63,585 nt of DNA, filler included, from an uncultured bacterium (GCA_964371695.1; 30 parts of 30 records of this genome joined end to end with filler, not necessarily neighbours in it); one strand, 5' to 3'; positions 30,610 through 42,646 are shown, counted from the whole stretch's first letter. Notes: generated from the letters alone by a model not told the origin. Numbers and translations are program-made.

Positions 30610-32344
30610 TCAGGACTTTTTGGCTTCTTCAAGCACACTTTTGGGCGCGTCTTCAAATTTCAGGAATTCCATGCTGTAAGTGGCGCGGCCCTGTGAGCGG
30701 CTGCGCAGGTCGGTGACATAACCGAACATTTCCTTGGCGGGCACATGGGCCAGCACCACCTGGTTGCCATCCGCGCCACGCTCCATGTTCTGAATCTGGC
30801 CGCGGCGGCTGTTCAGGTTGCCGATGATGTCGCCCATGTAATCTTCCGGCGTCACCACTTCCACTTTCATGATGGGCTCCAGCAGCACCGGCTTGGCGCG
30901 CTTCACGGCCTCTTGCGCCGCCATGGACCCGGCGATCTTGAACGCCATTTCGTTGGAGTCCACTTCGTGATAACTGCCGTCATAAAGCGTGAACTTGGCG
31001 TCAATCAGCGGATACCCGGCCAGGATGCCGCGCTCGCAGGCCTCGCGGATGCCTTTTTCAATCGCGTTGAAATATTCCCTGGGCACCGCACCGCCCACAA
31101 TCTTGCTCTCGAACTCGATGCCCTTGCCGGCTTCGGTGGGTTCCAACTGCACCTTGACGTGGCCGTATTGCCCCTTGCCGCCGGTCTGCTTGATGTACTT
31201 GCCCTCGGCGTCGCTGCTGCTGCGAATGGTTTCGCGGTAAGTCACCTGGGGCTTGCCCACGTTGGCCTGCACCTTGAACTCGCGCATCATGCGATCCACG
31301 ATGATTTCCAGGTGAAGCTCGCCCATGCCGCTGATGATGGTTTCGCCGGTTTCGTGATCCACCCGCATCTGGAAGGTGGGATCTTCTTCGGCCAGCTTCT
31401 GCAGGGCAGTGGACATTTTTTCCTGGTCGTCCTTGGTTTTCGGCTCGATGGCCACACTGACGACCGGCTCGGGAAACGTGATTCTCTCCAGGATGATCGG
31501 CTGCTCTTTTGAACAGAGTGTGTGGCCGGTAAAAGTGCCCTTCAGGCCGATCACCGCACCCAGTTCGCCAGCGCCCAGAGAATCCACGTCTTCACGCTTG
31601 TTGGCATGCATGCGCAGCAGGCGCGCCACGCGCTCCTGATCGCCAGAGGTGGTATTGAGCACGTAAGTGGAACTGGTCAGTTTGCCGGAGTAAACCCGCA
31701 CATAAGTGAGGCGGCCCGCGAAGGGATCCGTCGCCACTTTGAAGGCCAAGGCCGCCAACGGCTCGTTGTCGTCAGCCTTGCGCTCCACCGACTGCTCGGT
31801 TTTGGGGTCAATGCCCGTCACCGGGGGAATGTCCAGCGGGCTGGGGAGGTACGCCACAATGGCGTCCAGCAGTGTCTGCACACCCTTGTTTTTGAAGGCC
31901 GTGCCGCAGATGACGGGCACAATGTCGCCCGCAATGGTCTGGGCGCGGATGGCGCGGTTGAGTTCTTCTTCAGTGATCTCAGCGCCCTCCAGGGCTTTTT
32001 CCATGATCGTGTCGTCGTTTTGAGAAAGCACGTCCAGCAGGTTCTCGCGCATCTCGGCGAGCTTGTCCTTCAAATCTGCGGGAGGTTCTTCCAGCCGGAA
32101 CTCCGAGCCATCCTTCACCTCGGTGAAGTAATAGGCCTTCTGGCTCACCACATCCACATGGCCCTGATAATTTTCTTCGGCCCCGATGGGAATGTGCAGC
32201 GGCAGGGCCTTGCAGTTCAGGCGGTCGCGCATTTTTTGAATCACGTTGAAAAAATCCGCGCCGGTGCGGTCCATCTTGTTGATGAAACAGATGCGCGGCA
32301 CATGATATTTGTTTGCCTGCCGCCAAACCGTCTCGGACTGGGGC
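30610..32344 (-). CDS. fusA: Elongation factor G, 5' truncated
   Basis: [40 protein letters not shown]. Confidence 0.99.
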
Positions 32345-32444
32345 NNNNNNNNNNNNNNNNNNNNNNNNNNNNNNNNNNNNNNNNNNNNTTAATTAATTAA
32401 NNNNNNNNNNNNNNNNNNNNNNNNNNNNNNNNNNNNNNNNNNNN

Positions 32445-33956
32445 GGCTTTGCCGGAGTCCACAAAAGCCACGCCCCCCAGGTTGCCGCCCAGGGGCAGAC
32501 GGTATTCCAGGTTGGCCAGCAGCAGCTTGGTGCCCTGAAACTCGCTTTCTTCATATCCCCGCAGGCTGCTCACGCCACCCAGGTCATAGAACTCAAACCG
32601 GGGCACCTGGCCCGTGGCGGCGGCGGCCCGGCCCCTTAAGGCCAGCACACCTTTTTTGCCCAGCTTGCGATAGGAGCGCAGGTCCAGGTTGTATTTCTGA
32701 AAGTCAAAGTCGCCGCCCACCAGGCCGCCCACCACGTCGGCGTTGAGCTGCGCCCGCGAGCCTTTGGTGGTCTCCGAGAAGTTGTCGCGCCCGTCGCGCA
32801 CCGCCATGAAGCCCACCGAGTTGGTGAGGCCCTTGATGACGTCAAAAACCGGGTCGTCGCTGCGCACGTCCACGTCTTCGCTTTTCAGCGTCACGCTCAC
32901 GCGGGTGTCGGAATAAATGCCGCCGATGGGCCGGCCAAAGGTGAGTGCGCCACCCACGCGTTTCACGGTCACGTCCTTGTTGTCAAAAATGCGGTCTTCC
33001 TTGTTGTTCACCAGATTGACGCCGCCGCTGGTGCGTTTGTTGTCCAGCCAGGGTTCGTAATAGTTCAGGTCAAAGCTGGTGTCGCCGCCGCCAAAACTCA
33101 CCTTGGTGCTGGCACGCTGGCCCTTGCCGCGAAAGTTCCGCTCCTGAAGCTCCAAAAACCCCAGCAGGCCGCCGGTGCTGCTATAACCCGCACCAAACCC
33201 GGCGCTGCCGGTTTTGGCTTCTTCCACCTGAATTTCCAGCACGATGTTGCCGGGCACGGTGCCGGGTTTGAAGTCGGTTTTCACGTCTTCAAAAAAGCCC
33301 AGGTTGTAGATGTTGCGCAGGTCTTTTTGCAGTTTTTCGCTTTCAAACACCTCGCCCTCGCGGGTTTCCATTTCGCGCAGCACCACATTGGCTTTGGTTT
33401 TGGAGTTGCCGGTGACGCGGACTTCCTCGATCACGCCTTCGCTGAAGGTGAGCTTGAGCACACCATCGGGGGTGACTTCCACGTCGGCCATGCGGGCGGC
33501 CTTGTTGCGCAGGGTGTCCTGGTAATACCGCTCGATGGCTTCCACGTCGGCCTTGAGCTGGGTGTTGTTGAGAATGCGCCCCTCGCGGGTTTTCATCAGT
33601 TTCAGCAGGTCTTCTTTTTTGGCCCGGGCAAAACCTTTCATTTCGATGGTCTTCACCACCGGGTTTTCCACCACCGAAAACACCACCCGCGCCCCGCCCT
33701 GATAACTTTCCAGATTGGCTTTCACGTCGGCGAAATAACCCAGGGAAAAAAGCGCCTCGATGTCTTCCTTGAGGGTGTCAGAGAGCATTTCATCACCCAC
33801 GCGGCTCTTGATGGCTTCCACCACCACTTTCTTTTCAATTTCCTTGTTGCCTTTCACCTGTATGTCGGTGACTTTGATTTTTTCTGCGGCCATCGCCAGG
33901 GCTGGCAACAGGGCCAGCACAAGCAGGGCACGGCAGATTACGCGCAATCGGGTCAT
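32445..33956 (-). CDS. bamA: Omp85/BamA outer-membrane assembly factor with three POTRA domains, 3' truncated
   Basis: Signal peptide, POTRA repeats (VKGNKEI, MKGFAR, VTGNSKT), ERNFRGKGQ, YYEPWL, LGGVSSLRGY. Confidence 0.9.
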
Positions 33957-34096
33957 GGAAAACTCCCATCCTCTGTTGATGTGGGGGAAAACATAGTAAA
34001 AAGCGGCCCGCCTGGGGACGGGGCACATGATAACCCAGGCCGGGGCGGAAAAAAGCAGGCGCTGAGGGGGTGCGACGGGATTAAAAGAGTTTTGAC

Positions 34097-34237
34097 GTAG
34101 CCCCGGCGTCCACGCCGGGAGTATTGGCCGCGCCGCAGGCGCCCACCATTCAATTTTCTCTTCATATTTCCCTGAAAAAACCCTGTTTGGTGACGCCTTC
34201 GGCGTTTTTTTTCTCCCGGCGTGGACGCTGGGGCTAC
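34097..34237. repeat. 140-bp GTAG-type REPIN, second copy
   Basis: Aligns end to end with the reverse complement of 16084-16223. Confidence 0.85.
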
Positions 34238-34831
34238 CCTCTGGGTGGTGTTTTTTGTTGTTTTATTGAATTTCCGCTTGCGCGGGAATGACGGCAGCCG
34301 GTTGAACCGTGACAGAAGCCTCGTTTTGCGACTAATCTTCCCGCATTCTTAATTCCTGAGAGCCTGCTTCTGAATTGCGCCATTTGAACCATGGTGCAAT
34401 AGAAACAAGCTCCTGCGGGACATGGATGTCCCGCCCCAAAAGCCGAAGTGTTGAAAACACTGAGGTTTNNNNNNNNNNNNNNNNNNNNNNNNNNNNNNNN
34501 NNNNNNNNNNNNTTAATTAATTAANNNNNNNNNNNNNNNNNNNNNNNNNNNNNNNNNNNNNNNNNNNNGCTTCGCTCAACCTTCGGCTGCCCTCTCCCTC
34601 AGGGAGAGGGCAAGAAAAAAAGCGCTTATTGCGTCCACAGCTACTCTGAAAATGCTCTAAATATGAGTGAAAGCCCCAAAAGCAATGGTTTTTGCTTTTT
34701 TATAAACCCCTCACCCCAACCCTCTCCCCAGTAGGGGAGAGGGGGTAGATGGCGTTCTGTTGTTCGGGTGACGGGCACGACAAAGCGAAAATTCGTGCAT
34801 AAACTTACGCAAAACGAACTAAAACAGGCTC

Positions 34832-35665
34832 TCACGCCTTTTTGCGGAATACGTATTCGTCGCAGCCCACGCCAAACAGGCCCGCCGCCCTGGGGGTCAC
34901 GATTTTTTCCCGCACCAGTTCAAAGCCTGCGGCCTCCAGCCGGTCGTGCAGTTCCTGGGGGCTGACAGACTCATAGGGGTAACCCCCCAGCCAGTCGTGT
35001 ACGTCGTGTTTCCAACTCATGCCCCGCTCCTGGCCATAACCCCGCAGATAAGCCATGGGGTTGCGGCCACTCAGCACCAGACCCAGCACATAGGCCAACT
35101 TGAACACCAGCGCCATCAGGCCCTGCAACCAGCGGGGCGCACGGCTGTAGAGCTTTTTTTCCACCTTCCAGAATTCACACGTGGGTGTGCGGTGATAAAG
35201 CGCCAGCACGAGTTGGCCGCCGGGGGGTGTCAGGCTGGCCAGGTGCATCACGGCGCGCCACATGTCGCCGGTGTGGTGCAGCACGCCCCAACTGTAAATC
35301 ACGTTCGCTCCGTCCAGGTCATCGGTGCTCAGGTCAAACACGCTGCGCTCTGTCACCGCCCACGATCGCCCTGCCCCGTAGGCTCCCAGCAGCGCCTGGG
35401 TCGCCGCCAGCGAGTTGGGGTCCAGGTCTACCCCCTTGGCGTGGGCCGCCCCCAGCCCCAGGGCGCTGAGCATGGACAGGCCCGATCCACAGCCGATGTC
35501 GGCAAACCGCGCCCCCTGCATTTCGTTCTGGGGAATCAGCCGCGCCAGACTTTGGCGGGCCTGGGTGATGCGGGTTTCGTCTACGCTGCTCACAAAATCT
35601 CGCCAGTTTTCGCCAAAGGCAAAATGGGCTTGAAGCGAAGTGAGGTCTTTTTCGGGCAGATGCAT
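34832..35665 (-). CDS. Class I SAM-dependent methyltransferase
   Basis: FAFGENW, DIGCGSG, YSWGVLHHTG, DWLGGYPYE. Confidence 0.9.
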   Translation of the reverse strand: MHLPEKDLTSLQAHFAFGENWRDFVSSVDETRITQARQSLARLIPQNEMQGARFADIGCGSGLSMLSALGLGAAHAKGVDLDPNSLAATQALLGAYGAGRSWAVTERSVFDLSTDDLDGANVIYSWGVLHHTGDMWRAVMHLASLTPPGGQLVLALYHRTPTCEFWKVEKKLYSRAPRWLQGLMALVFKLAYVLGLVLSGRNPMAYLRGYGQERGMSWKHDVHDWLGGYPYESVSPQELHDRLEAAGFELVREKIVTPRAAGLFGVGCDEYVFRKKA

Positions 35666-35711
35666 GGCGCAGGCGCGAGAATATCATCTGCCCCAGAACG
35701 GGCAAATCGCC

Positions 35712-36440
35712 ATGAACCCCCACGATGTCCTTTCGCTGTGTTACGAGTTGCCGCCCATTGTGCTGCGGGATCCGCTGCTGGAGCTGTATGGCCTGCTGGC
35801 CGTGGGTGAACCGGTGCGGGTGCGGCTGGGTGACCTGCTCAAGCAGGACGACCTGTTTCACCCCCACGTGGCTGCGGCGTTCCGCCTCTGCGCCCTGGCT
35901 GCCGCCACGCTGGCGGAACTGCTGGAGGGTGTTCCCAGCCGCGACGACCTGCTGGTGGTGGTGCGGGGTCAGCAGCGCGACCTGAGCAACGGCCTGCTGG
36001 GGCGCGTGTTCTCTCTGGTGTTCGGCGCACACGGCGAAGACGGCTTCAAGGGTTTTGGTCCGCATCACCGGCGGCGGCGGCGATTGTGGTTCGAACAGGA
36101 GGATTTTGACTACAACACCATTGACGTGATTCACTGGCAAAGTGGTTATGGCGCGCGGGTGCGGTTCGAGCCAGAGGAACTGCCCTATTCCATTCCCCTC
36201 AACAACCTGATCTTCGCCCAGGATACCCGCGCGCTCACCGGTGAGGAGCAGGAGGCGTTTGCCGGGCTGTGGGCCAGATCGGTGTATGAAGCCCTGTTCA
36301 GCCCCGAAGCCACGGGCGAAAAGGTTTATTTCTGCGAACCCCTGCGGAACGTAAAACACCTCCTGCGGGACCAATGGCTGCAAACCCTCACTGACACCAA
36401 GGTCACCCCCGCCGGTCAGCGCGAAAACATTGTGCGTTGA
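35712..36440 (+). CDS. FmdE-like protein lacking the usual His-x-Cys motif
   Basis: PIVLRDPL..YG, VPSR, FGAHGEDGFKG..R pattern recalled from FmdE-family proteins. Confidence 0.5.
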   Translation: MNPHDVLSLCYELPPIVLRDPLLELYGLLAVGEPVRVRLGDLLKQDDLFHPHVAAAFRLCALAAATLAELLEGVPSRDDLLVVVRGQQRDLSNGLLGRVFSLVFGAHGEDGFKGFGPHHRRRRRLWFEQEDFDYNTIDVIHWQSGYGARVRFEPEELPYSIPLNNLIFAQDTRALTGEEQEAFAGLWARSVYEALFSPEATGEKVYFCEPLRNVKHLLRDQWLQTLTDTKVTPAGQRENIVR

Positions 36441-36763
36441 GGAAGAAGTGAAAAACGGGCGCAAAACAGTGAACAAAATAAAAAATGCTGCCTTTTTTCC
36501 CCTCTCCCCTTTACGGGGAGAGGGTGGCGCGAAGCGCCGGGTAATGGGCGCGGGTGGTCTTTTGGGAATGCGGCAGCATATTGATGNNNNNNNNNNNNNN
36601 NNNNNNNNNNNNNNNNNNNNNNNNNNNNNNTTAATTAATTAANNNNNNNNNNNNNNNNNNNNNNNNNNNNNNNNNNNNNNNNNNNNCTATTTTGTGCCGC
36701 CTGCGGCGGTTTTCATTCTCCCGGCGAGACGCCGGGGCTACGGGAAAACCTGACAGCAATGAC

Positions 36764-38593
36764 ATGAGCGCCCCCCTGCCCCCAACCCTCACCCCCTGGC
36801 TCAGGCTGGGCAAACGGCAGTTCCGCCGCCTGCTTGTCACGCCGCTGCTGGACCGTTTTTATCCCGTGCCCCTGCTGGCGGGAGGAATGGGTCTGGCGCT
36901 GGGTTGGGGCACTGGCCATGGAGCGGCGGGTTTTCTGCTGGCCCTTCTGGGCACACTGGCGGTGTGGCTGCCGGTGGCCCGGCGATTCCGAAAAATGGAC
37001 ACCTCCGAGTTGCGGGTTTCCTCGTGGCTGGATCAACGCCTGGGGCTGGAAGACCGCCTCAGCACCGTGGTGGACCTGACCCGCAAACAGCCCGATCACC
37101 CCTTTTTACCCACCATTCAACAGCAGTTGCAGGATCACCTGCCCACCGAGCCGCCGGTGGGGTTCTTTGACACGCCGCCCTCGTGGCGCTGGCGGGGCAG
37201 CCTGCTGGTTGCCCTGCTGCTTCCCGCGCGGGTGTGGGCGCTGCCCCCCAAACCCCTGCTGGCCCAAAAGAAAAACGACGAAGCCCTGAGCGCCCAGAGC
37301 CAGAAACAACTTGCCGCTGCCGCCCGCGCCGCTGCGCAAAAACTGAACAACAGACAACTGGACAAAAATCCCCGACTGCGGCAGGAGCGTCTGCGGGAAC
37401 AACGCCGACTGCTGGAACTGGCCCGCCGCCTGCAAGAGGGCAAGATGAGCCGCTCCCAGGCCCTGCGAGAACTGGAAAAAGCCCGCTCCGGCCTCAAAAA
37501 CCGTCAGGACTGGCTGAAAAATATCGAGAATGACCCCCAAGCCGCCGCCCGCCGCAAACTGGCGCGTCAGCTTGAAGAAGCAGGCAAAACCGCCAGCGAC
37601 CAGCGCAAACAAATGGAGGAGTTTTTGCAGGACGCCGCCCGGCGACAAAAAAACTTTTCCGGCGCGGTCCCCCCCCTGCCCAAAAACCAGCACCAGCCTT
37701 TTTCCCGCGAGCAGTCCAAGACCTTTCAGGATGAACTGGGCCTGGACAAGCCGCCCAAAAATCAGCGGGACCTGCAAGAGGAACTACGCCAGAAAATGCA
37801 GGAAGACCAGCAGGGCCGTGATTGGGCCAAAACCCTGGAAGACGCCGAGCAATCTCTGGACAAGTGGCGGCCCGACGGCCAGGCCGGAAACAATCAGGCC
37901 CAGAATCAGGGCGCGGGCGGCCAAAAGGGTGAGCAGACCGCCGGAGGAAATCAGGGCCAACAAGGCGGCGGAAAAAATCAGCAAGGGGGACAGGGCCAAC
38001 AGGGCGGGCAGTCTGGCGGTCAAGGTCAACAAGGCAATCAAGGCCAACAGGGAGGCGGAAAAAATCAGCAGGGTGGCCAGCAGGGGCAAGAGGGTCAACA
38101 GGGCGGTGGTCAGGGCCAAGGTCAAGGCGGTCAACAGGGTGGCGGCGGCCAGGGACAGGGATCACAGGGTGGCGGTGTGCGCCGGGCTGGCGGCGCGGCG
38201 GGAGGTGGCCCACCCCAGGCGGGCGACGCCGGGCGAGGCACCACCAATCAGGCGCAGAAAGGTCAGCAAACCCGTCGGCGCAATGGTTTTGACGGACGAC
38301 AGTTTGACGGCTTCAAACCTGAGTGGCGCGAGGCCTATGTGCGGCTTTACAAAAGCGTAAAGGTGGCCCGCCGGGGCACTGCCACCCGCGTGAAAGGCCG
38401 CAAGGGCGAAGGGCCGGACAAGGGTTATCTGCCCACCGAGGCCCCCATCCGCGACGAGGAATGGTCCGTAGCCCCCAGCGACGCCGTGGTGCCCCCTGGC
38501 CGCAATGTAGAAGAAGCCCTGGACCACGCCCCCATTCCCCCCGGCGAAGAAGACACCGTGCGGGATTATTTCGACGCCATCAGCGGCGAGTGA
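36764..38593 (+). CDS. Membrane protein with coiled coil and Gly/Gln-rich tract (type often found in MoxR/vWA clusters)
   Basis: TM helices, LDQRLGLEDRLST motif, GQQGG repeats, C-terminal IPPGEEDTVRDYF. Confidence 0.7.
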   Translation: MSAPLPPTLTPWLRLGKRQFRRLLVTPLLDRFYPVPLLAGGMGLALGWGTGHGAAGFLLALLGTLAVWLPVARRFRKMDTSELRVSSWLDQRLGLEDRLSTVVDLTRKQPDHPFLPTIQQQLQDHLPTEPPVGFFDTPPSWRWRGSLLVALLLPARVWALPPKPLLAQKKNDEALSAQSQKQLAAAARAAAQKLNNRQLDKNPRLRQERLREQRRLLELARRLQEGKMSRSQALRELEKARSGLKNRQDWLKNIENDPQAAARRKLARQLEEAGKTASDQRKQMEEFLQDAARRQKNFSGAVPPLPKNQHQPFSREQSKTFQDELGLDKPPKNQRDLQEELRQKMQEDQQGRDWAKTLEDAEQSLDKWRPDGQAGNNQAQNQGAGGQKGEQTAGGNQGQQGGGKNQQGGQGQQGGQSGGQGQQGNQGQQGGGKNQQGGQQGQEGQQGGGQGQGQGGQQGGGGQGQGSQGGGVRRAGGAAGGGPPQAGDAGRGTTNQAQKGQQTRRRNGFDGRQFDGFKPEWREAYVRLYKSVKVARRGTATRVKGRKGEGPDKGYLPTEAPIRDEEWSVAPSDAVVPPGRNVEEALDHAPIPPGEEDTVRDYFDAISGE

Positions 38594-39130
38594 AACAACA
38601 CCTTCGGCGGCGGACGGCTCCCGCAACCGCCATTATCCGCAGGTCTTTTCGCGAAGGACAGTTCGTTATTCCACCACAACGGTGGCGTCGATGTTGGTNN
38701 NNNNNNNNNNNNNNNNNNNNNNNNNNNNNNNNNNNNNNNNNNTTAATTAATTAANNNNNNNNNNNNNNNNNNNNNNNNNNNNNNNNNNNNNNNNNNNNGG
38801 GCTGGACACCACAAATAAAAACCCCCCTTTTTGATTCAGGAATGAATAGTCCAAATGAGGATGGTTCCTGGGGTTTCGCTGGCCCAAGCCATAAGGACTG
38901 GCCCTGCCCTTTGTCTACGTCAAATATGAATTTGCCCTATGGGCAAGACGCCTGCCCCACCAGAACTGGTTTTTTGCTTATATTTCACTGGATTCCCGCT
39001 TTCGCGGGAATGACGGCAAGCGGGGCAGGTTCTCTTCTTTCACCAACTTCCAACCTCTTGCTTCCGCCTTTTCAGGGGAATGACGCCGGGGCAGGAGGGA
39101 TTTTCGAGAGTGTGTGTCTCCACACCCTGT

Positions 39131-39136
39131 TAATGT
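39131..39136 (+). promoter_or_regulatory. -10 box TAATGT, 6 nt before membrane-protein ATG
   Basis: TAATGT-ttcgtc-ATG. Confidence 0.6.
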
Positions 39137-39142
39137 TTCGTC

Positions 39143-40808
39143 ATGGCTCCTGAGCAGCAGGCGAAAGGGCTTCCGGCCTGGCTCACGGCGCTGGTCGGCC
39201 TGGGTCTCACCCTGCTGTTTCAGGCCCTTTTGTGGCGGGGGACATGGCTACACAACCTGCCTGCGGGGTATGCCCCCCTCACCGGGCCGCTGGTCTATGA
39301 CTTCAGCGTGCTGACGTATCAAATGCAGATGGCCCGTGATTTGTTCGCCGCCACGGGCCAGCTTTATGGCCCGGACGTGTTCATCAACGGTGGTTACCCC
39401 CTCAGTTTCATCTGGAACAGCAATGTTTTTCTGCAAACCCTGGCGGTGGCGCTGCCCAGCCTGGGTCTGGGGCAGATTCTGGAGGGGGCCTTCTGGCTGG
39501 GTGTTTTTGGTTTCGCCGCAGCCTGGTTCAGCGTGATAAGGGCCACGACACCCCAAAGCCCCCCTGCGCTGGCCCTCACGCTGCTGGGTCTGGCGCTTTT
39601 CCGCGCCGGTTTGCCCGCGCTGTTTTTGTGGGCGGGCATGACCACCGCCGCCCTGCTGGTGACCGTGAGCGTGCTGGTGACCTTGCTGTGGGTGCGGGTG
39701 CTGGAGAAACCCGACCCGGAACGCTGGTTTCACCTTGTTTTTGCTGTGGCGCTTGGTTTTTGGGTACACAAAACCATGGTGGTGATCATGGGGGCGCTGG
39801 CGGGGGGGGGGCTGCTGACCTCTAAAGACAGAGGGCGGCTGTTGCTGGGCCTGCTGGTGGCCGCCCTGGTCACCCTGGCGGTCAACTGGTTCTGGATCAA
39901 GGGCCTGCTGTGGGCCTGGCCCCACAAAACCCTGCGGCCCGACGCGCCGTTTTGGGTGGAGCCGCCCCTGCGGTTTGTCAAAGACCACTTCACCTCCACC
40001 AAAACCTATCTCACCGGCGAGTTGCAGGGCCTGTGGGGCACCACGCTCCTTTATTTCTCCAGCCTGATGCTGGGGGCCTGGGGTGTCTGGCGCGGATGGC
40101 CCATGGGGGCGACCCACCGCGCCCTTTCGGTAGCCTGGGTGCTGCTGGGGCTGTTCACGGTTTTTGGGGGGCTGCTGGGTTTTGACGGCCCCAGCCAGAT
40201 AGGGGCCACACTCAACCACTACCGCTACCTTGTGCATTGGCAGTTTCTGGGGCTGTATCTGTTTGCCCTGGTGCTGATGGAAAAACCCCTTGTTTGTCCA
40301 CCCCTTTTGAGCAGGCGCGGTGAGGACACCGCCGCTACTCCTGTAATGCCGACAACAAGCCCGCCCACGCCCACCGCCCCACCCCTGCTGGCCGCTGGCC
40401 TGTGCGGCGTGGCGGTGCTGGGGATTGTGTTGCCCTCATTTTTCGACTTTTTCAAAAACAAACCCATTGTGTCCGGTGTGCCCCAGGCCGCCGTGGCGCT
40501 GGTGGAGAAAACCAACACCCTGCTGACCCGTGGCGGCGGACTGCTGCTGGAAGACAGCGGCGGATGGGACCACACCGGCCCCGCCGAGAAGTATTACGGC
40601 ACATATATGGTGGGGCAGATGCCCTGGCTCACCCGCCGCGCCCAACTGGGGGGGCCTTATCCCTACGTTTTTCTCAAATCCCACGTCCTCTCGCCCCTGG
40701 ATGGCCGCTGGCTGGGGCGCGACGCCCGCGCCATTTCCACCCGCCGGGCCAGGACGCTGCTGCACCAGCACCACATCAGCACCGCCGTGGTCTGGTCCAC
40801 CCCCATGA
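39143..40808 (+). CDS. Polytopic membrane protein, possibly GT-C-type glycosyltransferase, 3' truncated
   Basis: About 10 hydrophobic segments, NGGYP loop, soluble C-terminal domain. Confidence 0.5.
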
Positions 40809-40972
40809 NNNNNNNNNNNNNNNNNNNNNNNNNNNNNNNNNNNNNNNNNNNNTTAATTAATTAANNNNNNNNNNNNNNNNNNNNNNNNNNNNNNNNNNNN
40901 NNNNNNNNGTCTGGCCTATGCCGTGCAGGTGCCGGAGTTCAAACGCCGCCTGAAGGATTTTTGGGACAACCG

Positions 40973-41398
40973 GTGAAATCCACCCTCAACCGTCACCAGT
41001 TGCGTGAGCAGTCTTTCGCCATACTTTTTCAGGTGTGGGAGGGCCAGTGCCCCGCCCGTCAGGTTTTGCAGGAGTGGAAGGAAGAACACAACCAGCCCGA
41101 CGACGGACCCGCCGTGCGGTTTGTCTGCGATCTGGTGCTGGGCACGCTGGAGCATCAGACAGAGTCTGATGAAATCATCCGCGCCCATCTGGTGAACTGG
41201 GATTTTGACCGTCTGCTGAGCGTGGACAAACACCTGCTGCGGCTGGCTCTTTATGAAATGAACCACGGCGGCACGCCGGTGAGCGTCTGCATCAGCGAAG
41301 CCGTGCTGCTGGCCAAAAAGTTTGGCGACGACAACAGCCCGGCCTTCATCAACGGCCTGCTGGGGCAGGTGGCCCGCGAAAAGGAAACCGCCCCGTGA
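40973..41398 (+). CDS. nusB: Transcription antitermination factor NusB
   Basis: RHQLRE..LF, WDFDRL..VD..LRLA.YE, EAVLLAKKFG, FINGLL. Confidence 0.95.
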   Translation: MKSTLNRHQLREQSFAILFQVWEGQCPARQVLQEWKEEHNQPDDGPAVRFVCDLVLGTLEHQTESDEIIRAHLVNWDFDRLLSVDKHLLRLALYEMNHGGTPVSVCISEAVLLAKKFGDDNSPAFINGLLGQVAREKETAP

Positions 41399-42264
41399 GC
41401 GCCACGCTCATGGACGGCAAAGCCCTGGCGGCGGAAATCAAACACCGCCTGCGGGCCGAAGTCAGTGACTACACCCAGGCCACCGGTCACGCGCCAGGGC
41501 TGGCCGTGGTGCTGGTGGGCGAGAACCCCGCCAGCAAGGCCTATGTGGCCAGCAAAGAAAAAGCCCTGGCTGCGGTGGGCATGAAAAGTTTTCACCGCGA
41601 CCTGCCGGGCGACGTGAGCGAAGGCCGCCTGCGGGACGTATTGGTGGAGCTTTCCGAAGACGGCGCGGTGGACGGCATTCTGGTGCAGTTGCCCCTGCCC
41701 GGTCACCTGAGCGAGCAGGACGTGCTCTCGCTGATTCCCCCGGAAAAGGACGCGGACGGTTTTCACCCCCTGTGCCTGGGCCGCCTGATGCAGAACCGAC
41801 CCATCACCGTGCCCTGCACCCCCCTGGGGGTGATGCACCTGCTGGAAAAATACGGCATCAACCCGGCGGGCAAACACGCCGTGGTGATTGGCCGCAGCCT
41901 GATTGTGGGCAAACCCATGGCCACGCTGCTCACCCACGCCCACGCCACCGTCACCCTGGCCCACAGCCGCACACCCGACCTGCCGGGCCTGTGCCGGATG
42001 GCGGACATTGTGGTGGCCGCCGTGGGGTCGCCCCGTCTGGTCAAGGCCGACTGGCTGAACAAAGACCGCCACCCCGTGGTGGTGGACGTTGGGATTAACC
42101 GCGTGGATGGTAAACTGGTGGGCGACGTGGATTTTGACAACGCCAGGGAAACCGCTGCCTTCATCACGCCCGTGCCCGGCGGGGTGGGGCCGCTCACCGT
42201 GGCCTGCCTGCTCGAAAACACGTTTGCTCTTGCCAAAGCCCGCAGGCCACAAGGAGGCCCCTGA
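41395..42264 (+). CDS. folD: Methylenetetrahydrofolate dehydrogenase/cyclohydrolase
   Basis: DGILVQLPLP, EKDADGFHP, PCTP, GRSLIVGKP, TPVPGGVGP. Confidence 0.98.
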   Translation: MSATLMDGKALAAEIKHRLRAEVSDYTQATGHAPGLAVVLVGENPASKAYVASKEKALAAVGMKSFHRDLPGDVSEGRLRDVLVELSEDGAVDGILVQLPLPGHLSEQDVLSLIPPEKDADGFHPLCLGRLMQNRPITVPCTPLGVMHLLEKYGINPAGKHAVVIGRSLIVGKPMATLLTHAHATVTLAHSRTPDLPGLCRMADIVVAAVGSPRLVKADWLNKDRHPVVVDVGINRVDGKLVGDVDFDNARETAAFITPVPGGVGPLTVACLLENTFALAKARRPQGGP

Positions 42265-42267
42265 CCC

Positions 42268-42609
42268 ATGGACGCACTCACGATTCAGGAAGAAACCAGC
42301 CACACGCTCATCACCTTCCAGAGCGAGACCATCAGTTTTTTCAACGTGGCCCCGCTCAAAGAGAAGATGGAGGAACTTTCTGAGAAAGAAGGCTCGGTGG
42401 TGATTCTGGACTTTCACATGGTGCGGTTTGTAGACAGCGCGGGGGTGGGAGGCATTCTGGTGGCCTGCATGCGGCTCAGCCGCAAGGGGGGCCGGGTGCT
42501 GGCCGTGGGTGTGAAGGAAAGGGTGCGAAAAATTCTGGAATATGTCGATAGAGATGGGGTCATTGAATACCACGGCACCCTGCAAGAGGCCACTGCGGCA
42601 GTGGGATGA
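42268..42609 (+). CDS. STAS-domain anti-sigma-factor antagonist
   Basis: ILDFHMVRFVDSAGVG phospho-Ser motif. Confidence 0.88.
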   Translation: MDALTIQEETSHTLITFQSETISFFNVAPLKEKMEELSEKEGSVVILDFHMVRFVDSAGVGGILVACMRLSRKGGRVLAVGVKERVRKILEYVDRDGVIEYHGTLQEATAAVG

Positions 42610-42646
42610 AAAATCCCCCCAGACATTCCGTAACCCGGAACTGACC

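Noticed and set aside
38666-38698. Minus-strand gene tail TNIDATVVVE*
   Set aside because: Ten codons at a contig edge; no product assignable.
40909-40976. Gene tail LAYAVQVPEFKRRLKDFWDNR* before nusB as DUF2273
   Set aside because: Plausible from Firmicutes-type synteny, but 21 codons are too few to call.
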